Program-made: the position numbers and the translations under genes
Notes under the pieces: model-generated
Databases searched by the model: none
What the model was told of the DNA's origin: nothing
What the model saw: only the letters and a program-made list of their open reading frames with translations
Part shown: piece after piece, positions 52,105-62,246 of the stretch
How the letters are laid out: every line of letters starts with the position of its first letter
Position numbering within the stretch: the first letter of the stretch is position 1
Source of the DNA: Nitrososphaeria archaeon
GTDB taxonomy: Archaea; Thermoproteota; Nitrososphaeria; JACIWG01
Direction: 5' to 3'
Length of the DNA: 64,000 bases
Assembly: GCA_963752255.1 (NCBI GenBank)
Contig: CAVVXT010000014.1
Coordinates: 128,001-192,000 of the forward strand

Positions 52105-52263
52105 AAGAAGCTTGGAAGCAAAGATAACTACTGTATCCTCTATTAATTTACACAGCGAGATTCATAATATCCTTCGAAAAACATGTACTTCAAACTAATT
52201 TTGTCTTGTTGGCGAACTTAAACGCTTAATAATTGATGGTTTACTGAGTTGCATTAGGTTTAG

Positions 52264-52728
52264 ATGAAAGTTCTAATCGTCTATGATTCTGTTTCTCCTA
52301 TGAAGTTGACGGCGAAGGTGGCTGAAGCGATTGTTGAGATGTTGAAGGAGAAGGGAATTGAAGTTGACTCCTTCTTCGTAAACGATATTGACAAGGCTAT
52401 TGTTAAGAACTACGACTGTTTAATTGCTGGTGCGCCCACGATGGCTTTCAGGGCATCGAAAGGGATTATGCAGTTTCTTAACGGTTTGTCAAGCAAAGAA
52501 TTTTCTGGAAAGCTGGCTGTTGCTTTTGACACTCAAATTTAGTCAAGGTTCAGCGGAAGCGCAGCTAAGGGTATAGAAGGCAAACTTAAGGGTCTTGGTT
52601 TCAGGCTTGTCACCGTTCCTCTGATTACGTACATAGAAGGCAAGGGGAACGACTTGCATCTGAAAGAAGGTGAGCTAGAGAAAGCCAAGAAATGGGCGCA
52701 AAGAGTTGCAGAAGCTCTATCTAAGTAG
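52264..52728 (+). pseudogene. Flavodoxin-like protein interrupted by one in-frame TAG (52540-52542)
   Basis: IVYDS..T.KVAE, GAPT, AFDT; the same frame continues SRFSGSAAKGIE...GELEKAKKWA to TAG 52728. Confidence 0.85.
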
Positions 52729-52986
52729 GACCACTTACCACCTTTAAATCTGCCATCTTCTATCTTATGATGTCAGTGCGTCCCTTCTAGGCAGTTCTCC
52801 TACTCAGCGACCTGTTTTCAAACGAAATCCCGGTATCTGGGATGAAAGGAGAGGTTAACAAGTTTTTCGGAACACAGCGGTTTAACAACAGATCTGCAAA
52901 GATCCCTGCAGGCGCCATGAGTTAAACCTCCTTTTAACCGAACGATTTAATTTCTGACTTTGTATAGCGTTTGGTACGGGAGGACT

Positions 52987-54024
52987 GTGATGAGGTTCGA
53001 TGTAGTTGGGTTAGGAATAAGCGTTATAGATTGCCTGCTTCTAGTAGAAGATCCTAATGTAATTTTCAAAGGTAAATATACTCAGTTTAGACCTGACATC
53101 GAGCTCCCTGTTAATTCTAGGAAGTTTTCCAAATGGTCAATTCAGGGAGGCGGATTAGTAGCCACAGCGATGGCTGCGGTCGGCCGTTTAGGTGGAAAAG
53201 CAGTGATGATATCAAAGGTTGGAGACGATGAATGGGGTAAATTCGCTATCTCCGATTTTAAGAAGTACAACGTAGAGACAAGCCATGTATTCGTTGACAA
53301 AGGCATCCAAACTTGGCTGACTTTCATCCTTTTGGGCAAGGATGGTACTAATCAGTGGGTAGAAGCCAAGTATCTCAAGGACTTTAACCTACCTCCAGAC
53401 ATACGCCGTGCAGCTATGTGGGCGATGGCAAACCCACTGACCGCAGAGGAGATGAAGAGACACGAAATCTATTCAAATGAACAGCTAGATATTTTGACGG
53501 AAGGAAAGGTGCTCAATTTAGGGGAATGCTCCGATGCAACCCTTGATGCTGCCCGTACGGCCAAGAGGAATGGTGTTCCAACTTGCTATGATATGGAAAC
53601 CTATTCGCATCCTAAACTGCTCGAGTTCTTGAAGAACATAACATACCTCATTCTATCTCGAAAGACGGCGATGGAGTTCACCAAGGAAACGGATCCCGTT
53701 GCCATGTGTAAGAAGCTTCTCCCGTATGGCCCGGAGGTTGCTGGGGTCACACTTGGGGAGGATGGCTCGGTGTTCGCAGTCGGGAATGAAGTCATCGTCC
53801 GAAAAGCGTTCAAAGTCCAAGCTGTGGACACAACTGGTGCTGGTGATGTCTTCCATGGCGTTTTCAGCTATGGGATTGCCCAGGGATGGGATATTGTTAG
53901 AGCAATAGAGTTTTCGAGTGCTGTATCGTCCATTAAGTGCACAAAAATGGGAGGTAGGGCAGGTATCCCCAGTCTGACGGAGGTCGAAGCATTCCTGAAG
54001 AAACGCGTTGAGGAGATACGCTGA
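52987..54024 (+). CDS. PfkB family carbohydrate kinase
   Basis: GG..A..AVGRLG, VGDD.WG, DTTGAGDVF. Confidence 0.92.
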   Translation: MMRFDVVGLGISVIDCLLLVEDPNVIFKGKYTQFRPDIELPVNSRKFSKWSIQGGGLVATAMAAVGRLGGKAVMISKVGDDEWGKFAISDFKKYNVETSHVFVDKGIQTWLTFILLGKDGTNQWVEAKYLKDFNLPPDIRRAAMWAMANPLTAEEMKRHEIYSNEQLDILTEGKVLNLGECSDATLDAARTAKRNGVPTCYDMETYSHPKLLEFLKNITYLILSRKTAMEFTKETDPVAMCKKLLPYGPEVAGVTLGEDGSVFAVGNEVIVRKAFKVQAVDTTGAGDVFHGVFSYGIAQGWDIVRAIEFSSAVSSIKCTKMGGRAGIPSLTEVEAFLKKRVEEIR

Positions 54025-54401
54025 CACTACGATTCAGCTTCTGTTTATATCTTTGGAGGAAACGCGTATCCTATGTTACAGCTTCCTTGCATTCAGGTAC
54101 TCGTCAAATTCGGGGAAAAGCCAGAGAGGCGGCTGCGTTCATACTTTTTCTAGTGCATCTAATAACGGAAAGGCGAACCTTAAACTCTCAAATCCCATAA
54201 CGTTTATGAAAAGTAAGGGACACCCTGAACCTAAAAGTGTTACGACTGACGAAATGGCTAAAATTTTTCTTGCCTTTTTCTTTTACTATTGTAGGCATAA
54301 AAAAATATTATTTTCATCATACATAAGTTAATGCTTTAGTACATCAACCATGTTTGCCTTCGTAAATAGTAAATTGGTTACTACCACTTCTGCACAGTCT
54401 T

Positions 54402-55496
54402 TTAGTCTTCTCTCCATTTGAACAGTCTTACTGCGGCCACAAAGATAACCACAGTGATCACGCCTGCGACGACAAGGTCTACGGATGCCTGTCCAAAGTT
54501 TCCGTAGATCATGACCGCGTTAAGGCCGTCTGTAATGTAGAACAGTGGAAGCACGCGTGCAACATACTGCAGATATTGGGGCATTATCGATATGGGGAAG
54601 AAGGTGCCTGCGAGAAACATCATCGGGAAAGTTATGACGTTTCCTATAACACTGGCTGTGTCTGTGCTCTTGGTAATTGTCCCCACCAGCATACCTAACG
54701 AGGCGAAAAGTATCGGACCCAGAACAAGGAACGGAACAAGCCAAATTGAAAAAGTGATATGTGCACCAAATAGGAAAATTCCGACACCGGTCATGAACAG
54801 GAAAGATAGCGCTGAAAGAACAATATAGAACAGAACCTTGGAAGTCAACCATTCAAGTTTTGTGAGAGGTGTCAAAGACAGTTGTTTAAAGAGCTTCAAT
54901 CTCTTGTACTCTGAAGAAATGTTCACGAGAGAAAACATAGGACTCACAAGAATGGAGAAACCTATCAAGCCCGGGATCAAGTTATCAACGTATGAAATCA
55001 CTCGAGAGTTCACAGTGGCCCGATTAACCCCTATAACAGGCGAGCCTCCGTAACGCTTCAGATTGAAGCCATTTATCACACCGGTAACGGTTCCGATAAC
55101 GATGACACTGGAGCTTTGCGCGGGATTTCCATATAAAGTCACGTTAACTGGTTTTCCGGCTAGGAAACTAGAAGAAAAATTCTCTGGTATAATTATTCCA
55201 TCGGAAGAGGAGTGCGCAGCTAAATAATTTGAGAAATTTTCTGATGCGCTTACCTGTATTATGTGCACGGTGCCAGTGCCGTTAAGCGCCTGCACGAAGA
55301 AGGTTGAGACCTGGCCGGCATCCTTGTTTTGAACGTAAAGGTTAATCGCGCCATTGGAACCACCGGAAAAGATGGCACCGAAAATAATTATTATAATAAC
55401 TGGAAACACAAGACCAAAGAACAATCCGACCCAGTTTCTCAAGTATCCACGACTGAACAAGCGAAGATCAGCAACCGTTCTTCCCAAACTTGCCAT
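54402..55496 (-). CDS. ABC-2 type exporter permease
   Basis: LIPGLIG, LTPL, PMMFLAGTFFP motifs. Confidence 0.9.
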   Translation of the reverse strand: MASLGRTVADLRLFSRGYLRNWVGLFFGLVFPVIIIIIFGAIFSGGSNGAINLYVQNKDAGQVSTFFVQALNGTGTVHIIQVSASENFSNYLAAHSSSDGIIIPENFSSSFLAGKPVNVTLYGNPAQSSSVIVIGTVTGVINGFNLKRYGGSPVIGVNRATVNSRVISYVDNLIPGLIGFSILVSPMFSLVNISSEYKRLKLFKQLSLTPLTKLEWLTSKVLFYIVLSALSFLFMTGVGIFLFGAHITFSIWLVPFLVLGPILFASLGMLVGTITKSTDTASVIGNVITFPMMFLAGTFFPISIMPQYLQYVARVLPLFYITDGLNAVMIYGNFGQASVDLVVAGVITVVIFVAAVRLFKWRED

Positions 55497-55501
55497 AGCG
55501 A

Positions 55502-56464
55502 CTAGCGCCTCCGATTACTGGGGTCAGAATTACCGTTTTCAATCCTAACTTCTTCCTGCCTATCTATTGCTACACTAACGAGCTTGACAAACACGTCATC
55601 CAGACTGTCGCGACGAGTACGGATTTCTCCCCAGTCGAGTCCCGATTTTTGGACAGCGGCCAAAGCCGTTAAAGCGTCAATCTTTTGCTTGAGACTAATG
55701 CTGATCAAACCTTTACCGTTGTACTCAACGTTCAGATTCGTGTTCGAACGGAGATATTCAGCTAACTCTTCGGACCCGTGAATTTCAAGATGTTCACCAG
55801 AGCCATGAGCTTCAATGATCTCGTCAGAAGTTCCCATAGCCACTACTCGCCCGTGGTTCATAATAGCCACCCTATCCGAGAGCTGCTCAGCCTCTTCAAG
55901 GTAGTGTGTAGTTAAAATCACGGTTTTCCCGTTGCTCTTCAATCCTCTAATTACTTCCCAGATCGCTCTTCTCGCGTTAGGGTCTAGTCCTGTGGTTGGC
56001 TCATCAAGAAAAAAAAGCTCGGGAACATTTACAAGCGCAAGAGCTAGCCCCATCTTCTGTTTCTGTCCTCCTGAAAGGTTTTCGAAAAGAATACCTGCTG
56101 AATCCTCAAGCAAAACTTCTTTAAGGATAGCGTCCGGGTCAACGCTTACGCCAAAAAGGCTTGCGTAATATTTTATCGCCTCCCTTGGGTTCGCCTTTTC
56201 AAAGAAGGTGAAGTTCTGCGGTATAACACCAATTCTTTTATGCAGGTCGTAGCCCTTTTCCCAAGGGTCAAGGCCCAACACTTTCACACTACCGTCATCC
56301 CTCTTCCGCAAACCCTCCAAAATCTCTATCAGAGTTGTTTTACCGGCTCCGTTCGGGCCGAGCAGAGCAAAAACCTCACCTTCGTCAACAGAAAATGTAA
56401 CTTCATCCACGGCGTTTAAGTTACCGTAGCGCTTTCTGACAGAAGAGATTTCAATCGGAATCAT
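55502..56464 (-). CDS. ABC transporter ATP-binding protein
   Basis: GPNGAGKTT, LSGGQ, LDEPTTGLD, TTHY. Confidence 0.95.
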   Translation of the reverse strand: MIPIEISSVRKRYGNLNAVDEVTFSVDEGEVFALLGPNGAGKTTLIEILEGLRKRDDGSVKVLGLDPWEKGYDLHKRIGVIPQNFTFFEKANPREAIKYYASLFGVSVDPDAILKEVLLEDSAGILFENLSGGQKQKMGLALALVNVPELFFLDEPTTGLDPNARRAIWEVIRGLKSNGKTVILTTHYLEEAEQLSDRVAIMNHGRVVAMGTSDEIIEAHGSGEHLEIHGSEELAEYLRSNTNLNVEYNGKGLISISLKQKIDALTALAAVQKSGLDWGEIRTRRDSLDDVFVKLVSVAIDRQEEVRIENGNSDPSNRRR

Positions 56465-56755
56465 TTAAACAACAACCTTATGCGACAAAAGCGTCTCCAA
56501 ATGTTCAAATCAGGTTAGTTTAAAGCCAAGACATGTTCACTTTTACATATGTTGATTCGCGTTCCATTAAAAAGCTTCCTCGGATTCCTCTCATAGAAAA
56601 GCTATTTAAAAGGTTTAAAGAGCATCTGTAAAAAATAGCTATATTATTTTTTGATCTATATTGGTAATTTTTGCAATGGTTTTTACTAGATTTTCGCCTT
56701 TGAAGTTTCTGCTAAAGATAAAGTTCTATGTTATATATATGTATATAATCAATAA

Positions 56756-57523
56756 ATGGATGTTGTAGAGTTGATAGAAAAACCAGAATATGGCAACTGG
56801 GTTTCAAAAAGGCTTATCATTTTTTCTTCTGTACTGGGATTAGGGTTCTTGGGATTAGTCCTTCTTTCAAAGATCTTTGCTATTCCTGCTGGACTGTTCT
56901 TCTTATTCTCAGCGTATTTTACCTATGCTCGTTACAAGTTCTCTCCCAAAGGTGGAAATGTACAAGGACGTATACTTGATTTGCTACTGACACATTTGGA
57001 CTGGAATGGAGAAGGGTTAATACTAGATGTAGGCTGTGGAAATGGCGCTCTCGCTATCAAGCTCGCTCACAAGTATGCGATAGCTCGGGTAATAGGGATC
57101 GACTATTGGGGAGGAAACTGGGAATACTCGAAAGAAGCATGTGAATCTAACGCAAAGATTGAAGGGGTTGCTGATCGTACAACCTTCCAGAAAGCAAGTG
57201 CCACAGCTTTGCCTTTTGAGGATGAGCATTTCGATGCCGTGGTCAGCAATCTGGTATTTCATGAAGTAAAAGATGTAGCAGACAAACGTGAAGCTATCAG
57301 AGAAGCATTGCGTGTGTTGAAGAAAGGTGGGAAATTCGCTTTCCAAGATCTATTTTTAGTTAAGCGGACATATGGAGACCCAGATGATCTAGTTACTACT
57401 CTTCTTGGTTGGAAAATAAGAAGTGTGGAGTTCGTTCATACGCGAGATGCAACATTTATTCCACCAGCGTTGAAACTGCCTTTTATGGTTGGAACCATCG
57501 GGGTTATCAAGGGAGAGAAATGA
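56756..57523 (+). CDS. Class I SAM-dependent methyltransferase with an N-terminal TM
   Basis: LDVGCGNG, LPFEDEHFDAVVS, RVLKKGG. Confidence 0.9.
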   Translation: MDVVELIEKPEYGNWVSKRLIIFSSVLGLGFLGLVLLSKIFAIPAGLFFLFSAYFTYARYKFSPKGGNVQGRILDLLLTHLDWNGEGLILDVGCGNGALAIKLAHKYAIARVIGIDYWGGNWEYSKEACESNAKIEGVADRTTFQKASATALPFEDEHFDAVVSNLVFHEVKDVADKREAIREALRVLKKGGKFAFQDLFLVKRTYGDPDDLVTTLLGWKIRSVEFVHTRDATFIPPALKLPFMVGTIGVIKGEK

Positions 57524-57717
57524 GCGTTAGCTATTTTGGGAGTCAATTAAATGAATACTTAATATACAAGTGAAGCTATTTTGTAATTATTATTCAATTA
57601 AACAAATAATTCAAAGATGCCGTTTATTGACATCTTTTTTGAAAAGTTAAAATAAAGGGTTCCTGAACAAACAACCTTCAAAGAATATGGCGTCTCTTAG
57701 ATTCTAAGAGACCGTGA

Positions 57718-58587
57718 TCAGTTTCGATAAAAGCCACTTGAAGGCTTTACTTTTCCCCCATCTTTGATGAAGGTGCCTTCATCCAGTTCTCTGAATGCTC
57801 TGATCAGCTCTTCCTCAGTGTTCATAACAATGGGCCCTCCCCATGCTATTGGCTCATGTAGCGGTTTACCTGCGGCAAACAAAAAGCGAACGCCGTCTTT
57901 CGTACCTATTCTTATGGTGTCACCGTCACCGAAGAGAGCGCAGTGCTCCGGCCTGATCGATGAACCACTTGAGTAGGCTGATCCCTTGAATATGTACGCA
58001 AACGCGTTCCACCCCCTTTTAATAGAACGCTCGAAGGTCTTACCGGCTTTCAATTCTATATCAAAATATTCGACGTCTACAACTAGGTCTTGAACCTGCC
58101 CATCTATTCCATCGATCTTACCCGCAATAACCTTAACATTTGCCTCTTCCGTTTCCATAGAGGAAATGAATTCTTTTGTTACACCACGGTATCTAGGAGC
58201 AATCATCTTCCTTTTAGCAGGTAAGTTTACCCAGAGTTGGAAGCCCAGCATCATGCCATCGTACCTTCTTGGCATTTCCTGATGAATTATCCCTGAGCCT
58301 GCGGTCATCCATTGGATGTCACCGGAAGCGATCAACCCGCTGTTGCCGATGCTGTCGCCATGCTCGACTTCCCCATCTAACATGTAGGTGACTGTCTCGA
58401 TTCCTCTATGGGGGTGCCAGGGAAAGCCTTTAATATAGTCCTCAGGGTTCTCTGAACCAAAGTGATCAAGGAGCAGAAAGGGGTCAAACAGTGGAACCTC
58501 ATTGTAGCCAAAGACACGCTTAAGCCTTACCCCTGCCCCTTCAAGAGTCAACCTGCTTTTGAGAATTTGCCTAACCATCCTTTCCAT
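57718..58587 (-). CDS. Pirin family protein
   Basis: GFPWHPHRGIET, WMTAGSGIIHQE, QLWVNLP, GPIVMNT; ATG 58587. Confidence 0.95.
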   Translation of the reverse strand: MERMVRQILKSRLTLEGAGVRLKRVFGYNEVPLFDPFLLLDHFGSENPEDYIKGFPWHPHRGIETVTYMLDGEVEHGDSIGNSGLIASGDIQWMTAGSGIIHQEMPRRYDGMMLGFQLWVNLPAKRKMIAPRYRGVTKEFISSMETEEANVKVIAGKIDGIDGQVQDLVVDVEYFDIELKAGKTFERSIKRGWNAFAYIFKGSAYSSGSSIRPEHCALFGDGDTIRIGTKDGVRFLFAAGKPLHEPIAWGGPIVMNTEEELIRAFRELDEGTFIKDGGKVKPSSGFYRN

Positions 58588-58860
58588 TTTAACATCACAA
58601 CACAAGTTATTTCTTAACCTACCTAATAATGGTAACGATCCAGTCTTACTTCGGATGCGAAATAACCATTCAATATTAGGGTTCGAGTGTGGACGGTTTA
58701 AAGTTGATGAAGATAAGATATGGACAAGTTCTGCTGGAGACTCCATCGTTATAAACTGTTTAATCTTTTTATCCCAAATATTCAAATAAGCCCTGAAGTT
58801 CAATTGATTTTACATTATCTTTAGTTTCCAAAACAACAGTAAATTTTTAATTACACAGTT

Positions 58861-58930
58861 ACGCGTACGAATGCGTGCGGGTGGCGGTCCTCCCGCCGTT
58901 CCGCGGAATAAACCCCGGGAGGGAGGTAAA
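58861..58930 (+). ncRNA. Candidate cis-regulatory pseudoknot (riboswitch-like) upstream of queT
   Basis: GC-rich island in AT-rich DNA: GGCGG/CCGCC stem, CCTCC(C) complementary to SD GGGAGG, inserted TTCCG/CGGGA hairpin. Confidence 0.5.
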
Positions 58931-59041
58931 TTGAATTTGGAAAAAGAAAGTAAAATAGAGTATAGTAAGAGGAAAGAATTCTCGCTATCTATTCTGATAA
59001 ACCTTTGATAAGGTGATTGATTAACGCAATCTAAAAAAGGA

Positions 59042-59500
59042 TTGAAACCTACTAAAATACAGCAAATTGGTATCACCGCTGTATTCGCTGCAACATACGC
59101 CGCACTTGGTTATCTATTCGCGCCCATTTCATTCCTCGCCATACAAGTTCGAGTCGCTGACGCAATTCTCCCATTAATGGCGTTGTTCGGTTGGCCGTCA
59201 TTAATAGGCGCCCAGTTAGGACTATTCATATTGAACCTGTCAAGCCCGCTTGGACTTATCGACATGACTCCTATATTTGTCTTCATTCCACCATCCTGGC
59301 TTGTAGTCAAATATGGTGTTAAAGCAGTGCCCGTATATGTCGCTTGCATAGGCGTCTGGGTTGGAATTGAATTGTTCCTCGTCTATAACGTGCCGCTACT
59401 GTTGACTATGCTTTACGTTGGTATAGGCGAATCCATAGCGCAAATAGGAATAGGATTTCCTCTCTACTACGCTGTCAAACGAAGGCTCGGATTGAAATGA
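59042..59500 (+). CDS. queT: QueT family transporter (7-deazaguanine precursor S-component)
   Basis: AVFAATYAAL...PISF.AIQVRVAD...G...G....NL.SPLG.ID; GE motif. Confidence 0.85.
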   Translation: MKPTKIQQIGITAVFAATYAALGYLFAPISFLAIQVRVADAILPLMALFGWPSLIGAQLGLFILNLSSPLGLIDMTPIFVFIPPSWLVVKYGVKAVPVYVACIGVWVGIELFLVYNVPLLLTMLYVGIGESIAQIGIGFPLYYAVKRRLGLK

Positions 59501-60104
59501 CTATAATCCGTTGTCTCGCGTGTCCATCGTTCGCTGTCGAATATCAGGCCATAAACCGCAAATACGGTTTTATGACCTTCCCACTTTTTTAGATAACGAA
59601 TTTATACGATTTCATAAAGCGCAAGTTAAACATTTCACTAAAATCCTCGACAAATACAGGGACAAAATTGAATATGCAGTTTATCCCGACTACGAATATG
59701 ACCAAATATGTTTGCTCACACTAAGGGTCTCCGACGCGCTTATACCTATAAGCTATAACAGGAGGGTAGGTAAGGCCGCTATATACGGCACAGCGCTAGG
59801 TGCCATGGTCTCCAACATCTTATCATTCTACGGCTTCTACGATCTGTTTCTTGGGACGGTCGCGAACTTCTTTGCGAGCTACGCCGCCTACATGTTTTCG
59901 AAGCGTGAGGGCAATCTATGGAAAGTCTTAGCGGCGGTCTCATCGTGCGCAGTAGTGATCTTCTTCATAGGCTTTCTCCTGTTCCATCTAATATTAAACT
60001 TGCCCTTGGAATCCTCGTTAATCGGGATATCCATCGGATCCTTCGTTTCGATCGTCCTGCTGGGAATGATCTTGATGGTCGCTTTGGGAAGGATATACCG
60101 ATAA
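59497..60104 (+). pseudogene. Chimera: frameshifted soluble N-terminal fragment joined to the C-terminal part of a second QueT
   Basis: ATG 59497 overlaps the queT stop; T6 frameshift at about 59585; FLDNEF..YAVYPD, then LRVSDAL..G.ALG...SN...FYG.YD. Confidence 0.6.
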
Positions 60105-60278
60105 TTTACGGTGGAAATTTCTCAGCCTTCCCGTATTATCGACTTGCTCGCCTGGAAACCCCTTTTTGTCAACTTTTCAAATCGAGGTGGATCGAAATTC
60201 CAGTTGGTTTAGATGGTACAGAAATGGTTCTCTCTTTGTGAACAAAAATTTATATAGATTTAGCAATTTTTAGGAAGT

Positions 60279-60878
60279 ATGTCAGAAGTTCTAGAGAACC
60301 ATATTGTAATAAAGCTTCATCGCCCCAGTATATATGAAAAATTGTTCTTCCTTACCTCAGGAATTATTATAAGTGTTCCCTTTACTTTCTTTTTGGAGAC
60401 TCTAGCTGACCAGTACTTTCTTTATATACCAAAATTTTACTTTACTATCTTTACTGTCGCAATTCTGGCGCCCTTAATTGAAGAATTCGCGAAAGCCTAC
60501 CCATTATTCTTTCGCCATGGTGAAACAGAGAGGTCAATTTTAATCCTAGGTCTCCTTGTGGGATTGGGTTTTGGTTTATCAGAATTTTTTGTCTACATAT
60601 TTGTATATGGTGCACCAATATATTCGAGGATTTCTGGTATAATCTTCCACGCATCCAATACGTCTATAGTCGCATATGGAGTAGCAAAAAGGCGAATTCT
60701 CCTCTTTTATTTTATTTCAGTATTTTTTCACTCCATAATTAACCTCTCAATATTAATTGGAAATTTCTATTTAGTAATAGGATTTATTTGTACTCTATTA
60801 TCATACTTCCTTCTATTTTATTTTTTCGCAAGAACAAAAGAAAACTTCTGTAGAGACTCTAGCTGTCTACCTAACTAA
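60279..60878 (+). CDS. PrsW-family intramembrane protease
   Basis: APLIEEFAK, GLGFG.SE, FHASNT, FHS.IN. Confidence 0.85.
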   Translation: MSEVLENHIVIKLHRPSIYEKLFFLTSGIIISVPFTFFLETLADQYFLYIPKFYFTIFTVAILAPLIEEFAKAYPLFFRHGETERSILILGLLVGLGFGLSEFFVYIFVYGAPIYSRISGIIFHASNTSIVAYGVAKRRILLFYFISVFFHSIINLSILIGNFYLVIGFICTLLSYFLLFYFFARTKENFCRDSSCLPN

Positions 60879-60990
60879 AATAAATTAATAAAAACATAAA
60901 ATTAACTAATTTATGATAATTTCGGATAAAAGAAGATTTGTGTTAAAATTGTATTAAAATTTAAATATTGGTTTTTTTACATTTACAAGC

Positions 60991-61989
60991 ATGAAATACA
61001 GACGTCTTGGAAAATCTGGAGTAAATGTATCTGAATTATGTCTGGGTACCATGGGATTTGGAGACGAAGTTGATGAGGCTACTGCTGCACAAATTATTAA
61101 GAGGGCCGCTGACTTAGGAGTCAACTTTGTTGATACGGCAAATGTTTACGCCAAAGGTAGGTCTGAAGAAATCGTGGGTAGAGCGATCAAGGGCATGAGG
61201 GAAAGCCTCGTTCTGGCTACAAAGGTCCGTCACGAAATGGGAACTGGCCCTAACGATGAAGGATTAAGTCGAAAACATATAATACATCAAGTCCAAGAAA
61301 GCCTCCGCAGGCTGGACACCGACTACATCGACATCCTATACGTTCATAGACCAAGCAACGTAGATATGATGAAGGGGTTCATCGGAGAGCCTGTGCCTTT
61401 AGAGGAGACACTCGGGGCTCTCACTGATCTGGTCAGATGGGGAAAAGTTCATTACATTGGATGCTCAAACTTTCCAGCTTGGCTTCACTGTAAAGCTCTT
61501 TGGACAAGCGATGTCCATGACTTTGAGAAAATGGTTGTCAGTCAGCCTAGATACAACCTCCTCCAAAGGGAGATCGAACGCGAAATTATACCTTTCTGCG
61601 TAGACCAAGGGATCGGAATTGTACCATACAGTCCTTTGGCTGGAGGATCTTTGACTGGAAAGTACAGGGCCGGTAGTCCTCCTCCAAAAGGCAGCCGAGG
61701 TGCTATCAAACCAGGATTCTTCCCGAGACATGGATTTCACTGGGAGGACCCGCACAACCTGAAGGTAATTCAAGGTTTAGAAGCCTTCTCAAAAGAGATC
61801 GGCAAGCCAATGGCGCAGATCGCTTTAGCCTGGATGCTTGCCAACCCTGCTATAACCTCGCCCATTATAGCCGCTACTAACACAAGGCAGCTTGAAGAGA
61901 ATCTGGCTGCAACAGAACTCAGTCTCAGCAAGTCTGATCTTGAGAGGATTGACCAAATAGCGCCAGTATTAGGACCCTACTTCACATAA
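60991..61989 (+). CDS. Aldo/keto reductase
   Basis: LCLGTM, DTANVY, LATK, SLRRLDTDYID, YSPLAGG. Confidence 0.95.
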   Translation: MKYRRLGKSGVNVSELCLGTMGFGDEVDEATAAQIIKRAADLGVNFVDTANVYAKGRSEEIVGRAIKGMRESLVLATKVRHEMGTGPNDEGLSRKHIIHQVQESLRRLDTDYIDILYVHRPSNVDMMKGFIGEPVPLEETLGALTDLVRWGKVHYIGCSNFPAWLHCKALWTSDVHDFEKMVVSQPRYNLLQREIEREIIPFCVDQGIGIVPYSPLAGGSLTGKYRAGSPPPKGSRGAIKPGFFPRHGFHWEDPHNLKVIQGLEAFSKEIGKPMAQIALAWMLANPAITSPIIAATNTRQLEENLAATELSLSKSDLERIDQIAPVLGPYFT

Positions 61990-62246
61990 TGGATTAAACT
62001 AATATAACGTAAGATTTAAAGAAAATTCATGCTAATATATTGCATAATATTTCGGATTATGGATTATTAGAAGTGCACAGTTTACCATTTGCTTTAAAGT
62101 GATTGCGTAAGAGTCGCACTGAATGAAGTAGATTTGAACCTCGTGCTATTTGTATGAACAACAATGACCTCAGTCATTACCCTCTAATAGTTGTCTAGCC
62201 GTTTAAAGGTTAATCATTAAATAAATAGCTAATTAAGATGTAAGGT

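Noticed and set aside
52790-52935. Hairpins and a 43-aa minus-strand ORF with GGAGG upstream of pfkB
   Set aside because: Stems are short and imperfect, the peptide has no recognisable features, and chance cannot be excluded
58588-58803. 72-aa N-terminal extension of pirin
   Set aside because: AT-rich, promoter-like sequence; the family pattern starts at ATG 58587
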